From: Sedimentisphaerales bacterium
Lineage (GTDB): Bacteria > Planctomycetota > Phycisphaerae > Sedimentisphaerales > Anaerobacaceae
DNA length: 64,000 nucleotides
Assembly (NCBI GenBank): GCA_963708075.1
Contig: OY970194.1
Span: forward strand, 5,984,001 to 6,048,000
Direction of reading: 5' to 3'
Position 1 is the first letter of the stretch. The number at the start of each line of letters is the position of its first letter. Below are positions 1-10,257 of the stretch, in pieces. The notes beneath the pieces are model-generated. The model was not told where the DNA came from. It saw only the letters and a program-made list of their open reading frames with translations, and made no database searches. Made by a program: the position numbers and the translations under genes.

Positions 1-328
1 CTTCGTTCGGGGCAAGGCCGACTACCGCCGGGAACGCGCCAATATCATCGCCTCGGAGCTGATCCCGCTCGAAAGGGCCCGCGAAAAACTGGCCAAGGGC
101 GTGCACATCAAGCTGGATGCCCAGAGGGTGACGAAAGAGACGGTGCAGCAGATCCGCAGCATCTGCCAGTATCACAAGGGCGACCGGCCGTTCCAGATTG
201 TGATCAAGACGGACAAGGGCAAAATCTACGCGACGGCCGGCAGAGACCTGTCGGTCAATCCGGATGTGGATTTCTGCCGCAAAATGAGACAGCTCGTGGG
301 CGATGAGAATTTTGCACTGGCTAAATGA
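1..328 (+). CDS. dnaE: DNA polymerase III alpha subunit, C-terminal fragment (5' truncated by window)
   Basis: Open frame from nt 2 (FVRGKADYRRERANIIASELIPLERAREKL...HKGDRP...LVG) resembles the OB-fold end and C-terminal domain of DnaE. Confidence 0.7.
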   Translation, partial: FVRGKADYRRERANIIASELIPLERAREKLAKGVHIKLDAQRVTKETVQQIRSICQYHKGDRPFQIVIKTDKGKIYATAGRDLSVNPDVDFCRKMRQLVGDENFALAK

Positions 329-729
329 CATGGAGGATTCGTATGTATCTCAAGGGTTGGACGAGCATGAGCAGACACGTGGGCGTGGCGGCGATTCTCG
401 CTGCCGGGCTGCTTGCGGGGTGTGCATCGGATGAAGATTTGCGCGTGGCCGGCCTGCCGGGTGAACAATACCTGGTCGGCGGCGGCCTGACCATCGGGTG
501 GAAGGCCCCGAAGGCGGGAACCGTCTATCTCATGGAGAAGAAGACCGGCAAGCTGGTGGAGACCCGCTCGCTGGAAGAGGGCGACGTCTATTCTTTCACC
601 GTCGACTCGATAGTCCGGGCCCAGGAACTTGGCGATATACTTGGGATCAATCTCACCAGGGCGGAGTTCCTCCTGTACTTCGAGCCCGCCGGCGAAGGAC
701 TGTCTGAGCAGGCCCGATTGGTCAAGTAA
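325..729 (+). CDS. hypothetical lipoprotein (true start may be 343 or 367)
   Basis: Hydrophobic stretch followed by lipobox LAGC; ATGA overlap with upstream gene. Confidence 0.6.
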   Translation: MTWRIRMYLKGWTSMSRHVGVAAILAAGLLAGCASDEDLRVAGLPGEQYLVGGGLTIGWKAPKAGTVYLMEKKTGKLVETRSLEEGDVYSFTVDSIVRAQELGDILGINLTRAEFLLYFEPAGEGLSEQARLVK

Positions 730-986
730 TGATGAGTAAGGCATTCGATACGACAAACGAGGCTTTGCGGGAGCATATCAAGGGGCTGCGCCGCCTCGGC
801 CTCAGCGGACGAGCGGCGATGACTTTCGAGCTGAGCGATAACCTTCGCCAGATCGTGAAGGACGGCGTCCGGCACCGGCATCCCGACTGGGACGAGACCC
901 AGGTGAAACGAGAGGTGCTGCGCATTGTCCTCGGCGGCCGCCTGTTCAATGAACTTCCTGAAGAGGTCAAAAGGCGGGTTCAGTAG
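729..986 (+). CDS. small hypothetical protein resembling the helical partner usually encoded upstream of nucleotidyltransferase-like toxins
   Basis: DT...ELS...GVRHRHPDW...REVLRIVLG pattern; translationally coupled on both sides. Confidence 0.5.
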   Translation: MMSKAFDTTNEALREHIKGLRRLGLSGRAAMTFELSDNLRQIVKDGVRHRHPDWDETQVKREVLRIVLGGRLFNELPEEVKRRVQ

Positions 987-1640
987 ATGGATATTGACAA
1001 AGGCAGGACAGATAGTGATTTCGCCGGGCGGCTCATTGTGCTGGACGGGCCGGATGGGTGCGGCAAGAGCAGCCAGGCTCGGATGCTGATGGAGTGGCTG
1101 CAAAGGCAGGGCGTGGCCACCGTCGGTCTTCGCGATCCCGGGGCGACGGTGATCGGCGAAAAGATTCGCGAGATCCTGCTGAGCACGGCCCATGAAGCCA
1201 TGACCACGCCGGCGGAAGTGCTTCTCTATATGGCGGCTCGGGTGCAACTTTGGGCCGAGAAGATCAAGCCTGCCCTGAGTGAAGGCAAATGCGTGGTTCT
1301 GGACCGCTGGCTGTCGAGCACCTGTGCGTATCAGGGGTACGCCGGCGGTTTCGGCATGGAGAAGGTGATCGGGATCGCCCGCGACTCACTCGAACGGGTC
1401 TGGCCGGATTTGACCGTCATCCTTGACGTGGACCTGAAGACGGCCGCCCAGCGACTCCATCGCGAGCTGGACCGGATGGAACGCAAGGGCGACGGCTATC
1501 ACAGCCGGGTGCGAGAAGGGTTCTTGAAGCTTGCCCAGGGCCGGCCCGACTTCGTGGTCGTTGATGCCACCACCAACATGGAAGCCGTGCACAAAGAGGT
1601 CATTCGAGCCGTACTGAAGGTGTTGGAGGCAGGGTGCTAG
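987..1640 (+). CDS. tmk: thymidylate kinase
   Basis: P-loop DGPDGCGKS, RDPG, LLYMAAR, DRW..S..AYQG, PDLTVILDVD. Confidence 0.95.
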   Translation: MDIDKGRTDSDFAGRLIVLDGPDGCGKSSQARMLMEWLQRQGVATVGLRDPGATVIGEKIREILLSTAHEAMTTPAEVLLYMAARVQLWAEKIKPALSEGKCVVLDRWLSSTCAYQGYAGGFGMEKVIGIARDSLERVWPDLTVILDVDLKTAAQRLHRELDRMERKGDGYHSRVREGFLKLAQGRPDFVVVDATTNMEAVHKEVIRAVLKVLEAGC

Positions 1641-1673
1641 CCGACGCTTAATTGAAGAATCAGTGGAGTGGCC

Positions 1674-1752
1674 GGGTGCCATGTCTGCGCTTGCGTAGAC
1701 ATGTTCGAGTCGATGAGCAAAGCATGCTTACGCGAGCGTAAGCATGGCACCC
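1674..1752. repeat. REP doublet (REPIN-like), GGGTGCCATG...CATGGCACCC
   Basis: Terminal 10-bp inverted repeat; each arm holds its own hairpin (CATGTCTGCGC-TT-GCGTAGACATG; CATGCTTACGC-GA-GCGTAAGCATG). Confidence 0.7.
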
Positions 1753-1816
1753 CAGCTACTGCCGGAGTTATCAGCCAAAACTCACTAGATTCGTTGGTGT
1801 ATGACGGCGGTCGTTT

Positions 1817-2947
1817 ATGTCGCTTACAGACGTTTTCTGCCAGGATAGACCCATAGGGATTCTGCAGCGGGGGCTTGCGGCGGGCAAGTCGGCCCATGCT
1901 TATATATTTTCCGGGTCGGAAGGCGTGGGGAAGTACAAGACCGCTCGGGAATGGGCCAGGCTTCTGCTGTGCAAGAGTCCGAAGGTAGACCGGGATGGAT
2001 CGGTGCCTTTCGCCGATAGTTGCGGCTCCTGCGAGTCCTGCTTGCTCGTGGAAGCCGACTCGCATTCGGACTACTCGCACATATACAAGGAACTCTTGGA
2101 GTTCACGGAGAACGGCAAAGGCCGCAAGAGCCCGGTGGACCTGCCGATCGACGTCATCCGTGAGTTTCTCATTCAGCAAGTCGCGATCCGCCCGTCGCTG
2201 TCGGCAAAAAGAGTCTTCATCGTCAGCGAGGCGGAGAAGCTGAATCTGAACTCGCAGAATGCGCTGCTGAAGGTGCTGGAGGAGCCGCCGCAGTATTGCA
2301 CCATCATTCTGCTGTGCACCCGTCTGGAGAAGCTCTTGCCGACGATCAAGTCCCGCTGTCAGATCATTCGCTTCGGGCCCGTCGAGGAGGGTCGAATCGT
2401 CTCTCACTTGACCGGAATGGGCCTGGGCCGCGAGCAGGCGATCTTCTTCGCCCGCTTGGCGCAGGGCAGCTTGGGGTTGGCTTGTCAGTGGGCCCGGCTC
2501 GAACTCGCAGGCTTGGGGCTCTTCAATATCAAGAAGACCGTCGTTGCATCCCTCGCAAAACTTGAGTTGGTCGATGCGTTGGACGCGGCCGAGCAACTCC
2601 TGAACTGTGCCAGGCAAATCTCCTCGGGTTGGGCGGACCTCGACAAGGCCACGAGCAAAAGCGACCTCAATCGCCGGGCGCAAAAGACAGTTGTCCAGAT
2701 GCTCATCGCTGCTCTGCACGACGCCATGACGTTGCCGCTTGCCGGCGGCCGGCGTCTGATTAACGCGGACCAGGCAAAGCAGATCGCGGATCTGGCCGGC
2801 CGATTCGATCCCGAGCAGGCCGGCCGGGGGATCAGCGACGGCTACGAGATGCTCCGCTGGATCGAGGCCAGCGTCAACGAAAAGCTAATTTTCGATCGCT
2901 TGTTGTTACGTCTGGCCCCCTCTGCTATAATGGGTGCCGCGTGGTAG
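1817..2947 (+). CDS. holB: DNA polymerase III delta' subunit
   Basis: HAYIFSGSEGVGK, zinc motif C...CGSCESC, NALLKVLEEPP, LPTIKSRC; follows tmk. Confidence 0.9.
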   Translation: MSLTDVFCQDRPIGILQRGLAAGKSAHAYIFSGSEGVGKYKTAREWARLLLCKSPKVDRDGSVPFADSCGSCESCLLVEADSHSDYSHIYKELLEFTENGKGRKSPVDLPIDVIREFLIQQVAIRPSLSAKRVFIVSEAEKLNLNSQNALLKVLEEPPQYCTIILLCTRLEKLLPTIKSRCQIIRFGPVEEGRIVSHLTGMGLGREQAIFFARLAQGSLGLACQWARLELAGLGLFNIKKTVVASLAKLELVDALDAAEQLLNCARQISSGWADLDKATSKSDLNRRAQKTVVQMLIAALHDAMTLPLAGGRRLINADQAKQIADLAGRFDPEQAGRGISDGYEMLRWIEASVNEKLIFDRLLLRLAPSAIMGAAW

Positions 2948-3024
2948 TGTAGCTCAATCATGCGAATACCGGGGGTTCTCCGCGCCCTTTCCCGCGCAGC
3001 GAGCATCCCCTCAGGATAACCAAA

Positions 3025-4080
3025 ATGACGGAAACGCCAGGGGCAAAGCCCAAGTTGATCAAAGGCAGGAAGTACATGCTGGTCCGTTACGGCCGCATGA
3101 ACATTCTTGGTCTGTTCGAGCACAATGAGTCACAAATGCCGAAGGTCCCCACCCGCGTCGTGGTGAAAACCGACAAGGGCCTGGAGCTCGGCCACGTCGT
3201 GGGCCAGCCGATCACCTACCGCGAGGGACGGTTCCGATTCACCGAGGAGCAGATCTGCGGCTATTTCACCGGCAGCGAGATCAGCTTCCCGAGCGAAACA
3301 GCGGGCAAGGTGATCCGGTTCGCGACGCAGGACGATATCAGCGAAGAGCAGCACCTGACGAAGATCACCGCCGAGGAGATCGCGACCTGCGAGCAGTTCG
3401 CCCAGGAGCTCAACCTGAGAATGAAGATCGTCGATGCCGAGCATATCTTCGGCGGCGAACGCATCGTCTTCTACTTCATGGCCGACGGTCGGGTCGATTT
3501 CCGCGAGCTTGTCCGCAAGCTTGCCCAGGAGTACCAGACCCGCATCGAGATGCGCCAGATCGGGTCGCGCGATGAGGCCAAGTTGCTCGGCGACGTCGAA
3601 AGCTGCGGGCAGGTCTGCTGTTGCATCCGCTTTCTCCAGTTGCTCAAGCCCGTGAACATGCGGATGGCCAAGATGCAGAAGGCCACGCTCGACCCGTCCA
3701 AAATCTCGGGCTACTGCGGCCGGCTCAAGTGCTGCCTGCGGTACGAGGACCAGACCTACACCGATCTCAAGAGGAACCTGCCCAAGAAGAACACGTGGGT
3801 CAAGACGAAGAACGGTCAGGGAAAGGTGGTCGACGGCCACATCCTGACGCAATTGGTCATCGTGGAGCACGAGAACGGCGAACAGATGGCCTTTCCTCTC
3901 GACGAGATCACGATTCTGCCGTATCCGGCCGCGAGGAGGAACCAGCCGCAGGAGGCGACTGCGGCTCCTGCACCGGCGCCGGCCTCGCGCCCGCCCGCCG
4001 AGCCCGAGGTGGATAACGCCCCCAAAGAGGCGGACGCCAACGAGCCGGAAGGGGACTACGAGCGGGAGGAAGAGGAGTAA
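3025..4080 (+). CDS. ricT: PSP1 / RicT (YaaT) family protein
   Basis: FYFMADGRVDFRELV, RIEMRQIG.RDEA, CGQVCCC, KISGYCGRLKCCLRYE; holB-ricT-metG synteny. Confidence 0.9.
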   Translation: MTETPGAKPKLIKGRKYMLVRYGRMNILGLFEHNESQMPKVPTRVVVKTDKGLELGHVVGQPITYREGRFRFTEEQICGYFTGSEISFPSETAGKVIRFATQDDISEEQHLTKITAEEIATCEQFAQELNLRMKIVDAEHIFGGERIVFYFMADGRVDFRELVRKLAQEYQTRIEMRQIGSRDEAKLLGDVESCGQVCCCIRFLQLLKPVNMRMAKMQKATLDPSKISGYCGRLKCCLRYEDQTYTDLKRNLPKKNTWVKTKNGQGKVVDGHILTQLVIVEHENGEQMAFPLDEITILPYPAARRNQPQEATAAPAPAPASRPPAEPEVDNAPKEADANEPEGDYEREEEE

Positions 4081-4089
4081 AGCAAGCCT

Positions 4090-6123
4090 ATGCCCCGTAC
4101 CATCGTGGTGACATCTGCATTGCCGTATGCCAACGGCCCTATCCATATCGGCCACCTCGTGGAGTATATCCAGACGGATATCTGGGTGCGTTTCCACAAA
4201 ATCTGCGGCGACCGATGCTACTACTTCTGTGCGGATGATACCCACGGCACGCCGATCATGATCAGCGCCCGAAAGGCCGGCATCAGTCCGGAGCAGTTGA
4301 TCGAGCAGGTGCATCGCGAGCACTCGGCGGATTTCAGCCGCTTCCATATCGAATTCGACAACTACTATACAACGCATTCGCCGGAGAACAGGGTGTTCGC
4401 CGAGACGATTTTCGAGCGGCTCAATCGGGCCGGCTCCATCGTCAAGCGCGACGTCGAGCAGACGTACTGTGAGAAGGACCAGATGTCGCTGCCCGATCGA
4501 TATGTGCGAGGCACGTGTCCCCGCTGCGGCAGCCCGGACCAGTACGGCGACTCCTGCGAGGTCTGCGGCTCGACGTACCGGCCGACGGACCTGGTCAATC
4601 CGCGTTGCTCCGTCTGTGGGACCCCGCCGGTGATTCGGGTTTCGCAGCACTACTTCTTCCGGCTGGCCAACTATGAGAAGCAGCTCAAGGAGCTGTTTGC
4701 GGCCGGCTATACGCAGCAGTCAGTGGCCAACAAGCTCGAAGAGTGGTTCAAAGTGGGCCTGGAGGATTGGGACATCTCCCGTGACGGGCCGTACTTCGGC
4801 TTCAAAATCCCCGGCGAGCAGGACAAGTATTTCTACGTGTGGCTCGATGCCCCCATCGGCTACATGGCTTCCACGAAGAACTACTGTGATCGTCACGGCC
4901 TGAGCTTCGATGAGCTTTGGAACAACCCGGCCAACGAGCTGTACCACTTCATCGGTAAGGACATCATGTATTTTCATGCCCTGTTCTTCCCGGCGATGCT
5001 CATCGGCTCGGGCTTCAAGACCGCCAACAAGCTCTTCGTCCACGGCTTTCTCACCGTCAACGGCGAGAAGATGAGCAAGTCCCGCGGGACGTTCATCCGG
5101 GCCAGCACCTACGCCGATCATCTGGACCCGGAGTTTCTGCGATATTACTACGCGGGCAAGCTGACCGGGGCGGTGGAGGACATCGACCTGGCCATCCAGG
5201 ACTTCATCGGCAAGACCAACGGCGACCTGGTCGGCAAGTACGCCAACTTGGCGTCCCGCTCGGGGCCGATGCTCACCCGCCAGCTCGGCGGCCGGCTCGG
5301 CACGCTCGACGCCGAGGGCAGGGGCCTCGTGGCCAAATTGACCGCCGCCAAAGGCCAGATCATCCGCGATTACGAGGGGCTCAACTACGCCTCGGTCGTT
5401 CGCACGATCAGCATGCTGGCCGATGAGGCCAACCGCTATGTCGAGCAGAAGCAGCCCTGGACGACGATCAAGACCGACGCCGAGCAGACGCGGACGACGC
5501 TGACGGCCGTGCTGAACGCCATGAAAGTGCTGACCATCTATCTCAAGCCCATTCTGCCGGAGTTCGCCAAGAAGGTCGAGAAGTTCCTGAACGTGGGTGA
5601 TCTGAGCTTCGCGGATGTGGAACACACGTTGGAGAATCGTGAAATCGGCACGTTTGAGCGATTGTTCGAGAGAATTGACGAGGAGCAGGTAAACGCCATG
5701 ATTGAGGAAAGCAAAGAGGGTCAGGCCCCGAAACCGCCGGCCGCGCCACAAGCAGCAACTCCGGCCCCGGCAGCGGTGCCGCAAGGGGACTTCAAGCCGG
5801 AATGCACGATCGATGATTTCGCCAAGCTCGACCTGCGCATCGCCCGGATCGTCTCCGCCGAGCCCGTCCAGGGCGCCAACAAACTGCTGCGACTGGTGCT
5901 CGACGTCGGCACGGTCCAGAAGACAGTGATGGCCGGCATCGCGCAGGCTTATAAACCCGAAGACCTGGCCGGCCGGCTGGTGGTGTTCTTCGCCAACCTC
6001 AAGCCAAGACAAATGAAGTTCGGCCTCTCCGAGGGCATGATCCTCGCCTCCGGCCCCGGCGGCAAGGATGTCTTCCTGCTCGGCGTCGATCCCGGCGCCA
6101 GCCCCGGACAGAAGGTTTCGTAA
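4090..6123 (+). CDS. metG: methionyl-tRNA synthetase with C-terminal tRNA-binding domain
   Basis: [18 protein letters not shown], zinc knuckles, C-terminal [10 protein letters not shown]...SEGMIL domain. Confidence 0.97.
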   Translation: MPRTIVVTSALPYANGPIHIGHLVEYIQTDIWVRFHKICGDRCYYFCADDTHGTPIMISARKAGISPEQLIEQVHREHSADFSRFHIEFDNYYTTHSPENRVFAETIFERLNRAGSIVKRDVEQTYCEKDQMSLPDRYVRGTCPRCGSPDQYGDSCEVCGSTYRPTDLVNPRCSVCGTPPVIRVSQHYFFRLANYEKQLKELFAAGYTQQSVANKLEEWFKVGLEDWDISRDGPYFGFKIPGEQDKYFYVWLDAPIGYMASTKNYCDRHGLSFDELWNNPANELYHFIGKDIMYFHALFFPAMLIGSGFKTANKLFVHGFLTVNGEKMSKSRGTFIRASTYADHLDPEFLRYYYAGKLTGAVEDIDLAIQDFIGKTNGDLVGKYANLASRSGPMLTRQLGGRLGTLDAEGRGLVAKLTAAKGQIIRDYEGLNYASVVRTISMLADEANRYVEQKQPWTTIKTDAEQTRTTLTAVLNAMKVLTIYLKPILPEFAKKVEKFLNVGDLSFADVEHTLENREIGTFERLFERIDEEQVNAMIEESKEGQAPKPPAAPQAATPAPAAVPQGDFKPECTIDDFAKLDLRIARIVSAEPVQGANKLLRLVLDVGTVQKTVMAGIAQAYKPEDLAGRLVVFFANLKPRQMKFGLSEGMILASGPGGKDVFLLGVDPGASPGQKVS

Positions 6124-6131
6124 ATGAGGCC

Positions 6132-6190
6132 GGAGACTACAGGTTGCAGGCTGCAGGCGCCTGCAGTCTCCAGTCTACAGCCTGAAGCCT
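6132..6190. repeat. inverted heptamer tandem array (GGCTGCA-type then CCTGCAG-type units)
   Basis: GACTACA GGTTGCA GGCTGCA GG / CCTGCAG TCTCCAG TCTACAG CCTGAAG CCT. Confidence 0.6.
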
Positions 6191-6200
6191 TGAAGAAGCG

Positions 6201-6554
6201 ATGAAGAAGAACCTGGAAGAGATTGCGAAGGAGGATGGACGATACAATCCTGTCGCCTTCAAGTTCGTCTATGACGGACTGGGCTACACGATTCGCAACG
6301 TGGCCAGCGAGCCCCGCCACGTAAGCGGCCAAATGCTCTGCGAGGGCCTGCGGCAGATCGCCCTCGACAAGTACGGCCGGCTCGCCTTGCTCGTCCTCCA
6401 TTCCTGGGGCATCAAGACCACTCGCGACTTCGGCGAGATCGTCTACACGCTCATCAACCACGAGTGGATGAGCGCCCAGTCCACCGATACCATCGACGAC
6501 TTCAACGCCGTCTACGACTTCCGAACGGTCTTCCGAGACCAGTTCACGTTCTAA
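6201..6554 (+). CDS. Minf_1886-type PVC-restricted conserved protein
   Basis: D.RY...A..FV..GL, RHVSGQ.LC.G, WGI.TT.DFGEIVY.L, D..DDF..VYDF motifs. Confidence 0.8.
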   Translation: MKKNLEEIAKEDGRYNPVAFKFVYDGLGYTIRNVASEPRHVSGQMLCEGLRQIALDKYGRLALLVLHSWGIKTTRDFGEIVYTLINHEWMSAQSTDTIDDFNAVYDFRTVFRDQFTF

Positions 6555-6703
6555 AGCGATCCTGCACCCGCCTCGACACGGCCTTCTGCCCCATTTGACT
6601 TCGCGCAGCGGAGGTTTACATCTTCACACGCCTGCCGCATCCTTCTTGCAATTGGCATGTTCTCGGCTACAATCGCGGCGTTAAAGGATCAGGTGCTATA
6701 CGT

Positions 6704-7423
6704 ATGAAGACGATGAGTTTCTGGGCCAAGGTCCAAAAGAACGTTGGCCGGCGGATGACGTCGGGCATGCTGGTGCTCGTGCCTGTCGGCGTGACGCTGC
6801 TGGTGATGAGATGGCTGTTCAAGTGGGGCACTGGACAGCTTCGTCCCGTTGTGAAGTACTTCACATCGGGCCTGGAGCGATCGGAGTGGATCGCTGCCCA
6901 GCCGGAAGCCTGGGTGAACTTCTATGTCTACATGCTCACGATCCTGCTGCTGTTGCTGCTGCTGTACCTGATCGGGCTCCTCGGCCAGTACATCGTCGGG
7001 CGGCGATTGATCGGGGCGTGGGAGAGCATCTGGCTGAGAATCCCGCTGGCCCGGACGGTCTACGGGGCGACCAAACAAGTGACCGAGGCCCTGTCCCAGC
7101 CGGAGGGCTCGGCTTTCAAGTCTGTCGTCGTCGTGGATTTCCCCTATCCTGATGCCAAAGCCATCGGATTTCTGACGGGCTACGTCGAGGATGACGCCGG
7201 CCGCAAGTTCGCCAAGGTCCTGATCCCCACGACGCCCAACCCGACCACGGGCTTTCTCGAACTGATTCCCCTGGACAGGATGTTCATCACCAACCTGACG
7301 ATCGAAGAGGGATTCCGGATGATCATCTCCGGCGGCATCGTCTCGCCCACCGACCTGCTCAAGCACAGACAACCGCCGGCAGCGGAGAACACGCCGGAGA
7401 CCCAACCCGAGTCCCCCGCGTGA
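6704..7423 (+). CDS. DUF502 family membrane protein
   Basis: Two TM helices, RIPL.RTVY...KQV, IPTTPNPTTGFL, IISGG. Confidence 0.9.
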   Translation: MKTMSFWAKVQKNVGRRMTSGMLVLVPVGVTLLVMRWLFKWGTGQLRPVVKYFTSGLERSEWIAAQPEAWVNFYVYMLTILLLLLLLYLIGLLGQYIVGRRLIGAWESIWLRIPLARTVYGATKQVTEALSQPEGSAFKSVVVVDFPYPDAKAIGFLTGYVEDDAGRKFAKVLIPTTPNPTTGFLELIPLDRMFITNLTIEEGFRMIISGGIVSPTDLLKHRQPPAAENTPETQPESPA

Positions 7424-7673
7424 CGGATCGTTCCACCTGGAACGATGTCCCCAACTTGCCTATTGTAGCCGGCCTCTCGTGTGCTATAATGACATGCAGC
7501 AAGGTGCGGCCGGGAATTGCCATTATACTTGTCCGCCATCATAGTTGACCGATCCTATCATATCAGGCCCGCCTTCAGAGAGTCACAGGGTAGGAACAAT
7601 CGCCGCAGGAAGCGCATGAAGGCACGGAGTGTGCCCGGTCATCATATGATCTCGTACATTGGAGGGAACGCAA

Positions 7674-10229
7674 ATGGCATCATTCAGGACTCACCCGGGG
7701 GCGGCCGCAGCCTTTCTAATCGCTGTCGTGCTGAGCCTCTGCACGATCGCAAGGCCCACCGAATTCGCCGGCGGCACCGGCGAGCCGAACGACCCCTATC
7801 AGATCGCCACCGCCGAGCAGCTTGACACTCTGGGCAAGCAGCCGGAGCTGTGGGGCGAACATTTCGTTTTGACCGACGATATCGACTTGGCAGGCAGGTC
7901 TTATTCCAACGCCCTCTTGGGCCAGGGCAACAACAGCACCCATGGCTTTGAGGGCACAGCGTTCACAGGCGTGTTCGACGGCCAAGGGCACGAGATCGCG
8001 GGGCTGGTCGCCATGTCGGACGGCGAGTTCATGGGCCTGTTCGGCAGGATCGAGCCCGGCGCGAGCGTGCGCAATCTTGGTGTGACGGATGTGCGCATTC
8101 GTGGGCGAGTCCAACGGATCATTCGCGAGTGCGGCACGGGTGGACTGGCCGGCGAAAACTGGGGCGAGATTCGGAACTGCTATACCACCGGCTCCATCTC
8201 CGGCACACTGGAGGTCGGGGGTCTGGTTGGCCACAACGAGGGGCTGATCACCGGCTGTTTCTCACAGGCTGTTGTGAGGGGACATGAGCAGGTGGGCGGT
8301 CTGGTGGGAAACAGTACGTCCTCAGGTGTTCTATCTGACTGCTACAGTGTCGGGCCGATTGCTCACGGCAGTTACTACGTCGGCGGACTCGTCGGTCAGA
8401 ACGGCGGGCGAATTGACCGCTGCTATACCGACACCCGCCTTTACGAACCGGGCAATCAGTGGTACGGTGGTTTGGTTGGGGGTGGCAGCGGCGAGGTTTG
8501 CCAGTCCTTCTGGAATACGCAGACGAGTGGCCTGTCGGCAAGTGCTGGAGGTGTAGGTCTGGAGACCGCTCAAATGCAGGACCTGCAGACCTTTCTGAAT
8601 GCCGGCTGGGACTTCATGGGCGAAACGGTCAATGGAACCCAGGACCTCTGGCAGATACTGATCGAGGGCGATCGTCCGATACTGAGAACATTCGACGGAT
8701 ACCGGCCGCCGCAATTCAAAGGGCGGGGGACAGCCAGTGATCCGTTCCTGATCTCCACGGCCATAGAACTGGAAAGCATTCCCTTGTTCGACCCCAACGC
8801 CTGTTGTAGGCTGGTCACAGATATCAACTTGGCTGGCCTTCAATGGTCTGGGGCCGTGATCCCGAAGTTTTCCGGCACTTTCGACGGCAGTGGCCATTGC
8901 ATCAGCAATCTGACGATCACGGGCGGAGACTGGCATCTCGGGCTGTTTGGCCAACTGTTACGCGGGGCCCGCGTCAGGGATCTCGGCATCCGGAACGTGA
9001 AGATCAGCGATAACGGAGTCTTTGTCGGCGCGCTGGCAGGAGTCAATTATGGCACTGTGGCCCGCTGTTTTTCGACGGGGAGTGTGCAAGGAACAGAATA
9101 CGTGGGCGGACTGGCAGGACAGAACGAGGGAACGCTCACTATCTGCTACTCGACTGTGGCTGTGACGGCGAGATCGAGGATTGCAGGGGGGCTGGCAGGA
9201 TCCAACTCGGGCGGGGTGTTTCACTGCTACAGCACCGGTGCGGTCACTGGCGAAGATGACATTGGCGGCTTGGTGGGTGGTGGCCGAGGCGTTCGCTGGT
9301 GCTACTTCTTGGCTCAAGCCGATGACAGCGGGCTGGACAATCAGATGGGCACAGTCTTGACCGATGCCCAGATGAGGCAGCAGACCAGCTTCACGGATTG
9401 GGATTTCTGGGGCACTGAGCTCGACGGCATAGCAGACCCGTGGTTTATGCAGGACGGTTCTTATCCTGTCTTGACTTGGCAGACGGACCTTAGTGGCCTT
9501 GTGCCGATCCCCGATGTCGCAGGTATGACTTCAGAGGAGGCAATAGAGGTACTGGCCCGCGCAGGCTTCACGCCGGCGGCACAGGCGCGGATTGATGCCG
9601 ACGCAGTCATTCCACAAGGACGGGTCCTGCGGACCTATCCGCTGTTCAATGCCGCTCCGGCAAGTGTGGTGGAGATCACGGTGAGCGCCGGAGCCTACGA
9701 CTGGACGATCAACGAAGGCAACGGGACGCCGCCCGCACCCTACCGGATTCAGACAGCCGGCCAACTGGACTCCTTGAAGGATCACCCCGAGCTGTGGGAT
9801 AGGGACTTTGTCCTGATCAGTGACATTGACCTCTATGGAAGGACGTACGCCAGGGCCTTGATTGCCCCGGATGTGAACGAGCTCGAGAACGACTTTCAGG
9901 GCACGGCCTTCGCCGGTACCTTCGATGGCGGCAGCCATACGATCCGCAATCTAACCGTCGCGGACCCGAACCACGACTACCTCGGACTGTTCGGCATGAT
10001 CGCTGCCGGCGGCTGGGTCGGCCACCTTGCCCTGGTAAACGCGGAAATCTCTGGCACGTACTCCATCAACGTGGGCACGCTGGCCGGCTACAACGCCGGG
10101 ACCCTCGTCGAATGCTCTGCCACGGGAATCGCCATCGGCTGTGGCAATGTACGTGAGCTGGCCGGCTTCAATTCGGGCAGTGTAATCAACTGCAGTCCTG
10201 ACGTGTGGGTGAAGTGGCGTTGCAGATAA
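7674..10229 (+). CDS. secreted GLUG-motif beta-helix protein with internal PASTA domain
   Basis: Signal peptide, repeated GGLVG.N.G units, three G.GT...P(Y/F).I.TA..L modules, PASTA-like IPDVAGMT.EEA..VL..AGF. Confidence 0.8.
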   Translation: MASFRTHPGAAAAFLIAVVLSLCTIARPTEFAGGTGEPNDPYQIATAEQLDTLGKQPELWGEHFVLTDDIDLAGRSYSNALLGQGNNSTHGFEGTAFTGVFDGQGHEIAGLVAMSDGEFMGLFGRIEPGASVRNLGVTDVRIRGRVQRIIRECGTGGLAGENWGEIRNCYTTGSISGTLEVGGLVGHNEGLITGCFSQAVVRGHEQVGGLVGNSTSSGVLSDCYSVGPIAHGSYYVGGLVGQNGGRIDRCYTDTRLYEPGNQWYGGLVGGGSGEVCQSFWNTQTSGLSASAGGVGLETAQMQDLQTFLNAGWDFMGETVNGTQDLWQILIEGDRPILRTFDGYRPPQFKGRGTASDPFLISTAIELESIPLFDPNACCRLVTDINLAGLQWSGAVIPKFSGTFDGSGHCISNLTITGGDWHLGLFGQLLRGARVRDLGIRNVKISDNGVFVGALAGVNYGTVARCFSTGSVQGTEYVGGLAGQNEGTLTICYSTVAVTARSRIAGGLAGSNSGGVFHCYSTGAVTGEDDIGGLVGGGRGVRWCYFLAQADDSGLDNQMGTVLTDAQMRQQTSFTDWDFWGTELDGIADPWFMQDGSYPVLTWQTDLSGLVPIPDVAGMTSEEAIEVLARAGFTPAAQARIDADAVIPQGRVLRTYPLFNAAPASVVEITVSAGAYDWTINEGNGTPPAPYRIQTAGQLDSLKDHPELWDRDFVLISDIDLYGRTYARALIAPDVNELENDFQGTAFAGTFDGGSHTIRNLTVADPNHDYLGLFGMIAAGGWVGHLALVNAEISGTYSINVGTLAGYNAGTLVECSATGIAIGCGNVRELAGFNSGSVINCSPDVWVKWRCR

Positions 10230-10257
10230 GGATCATGGATTGACCGACGTGCCGGCT

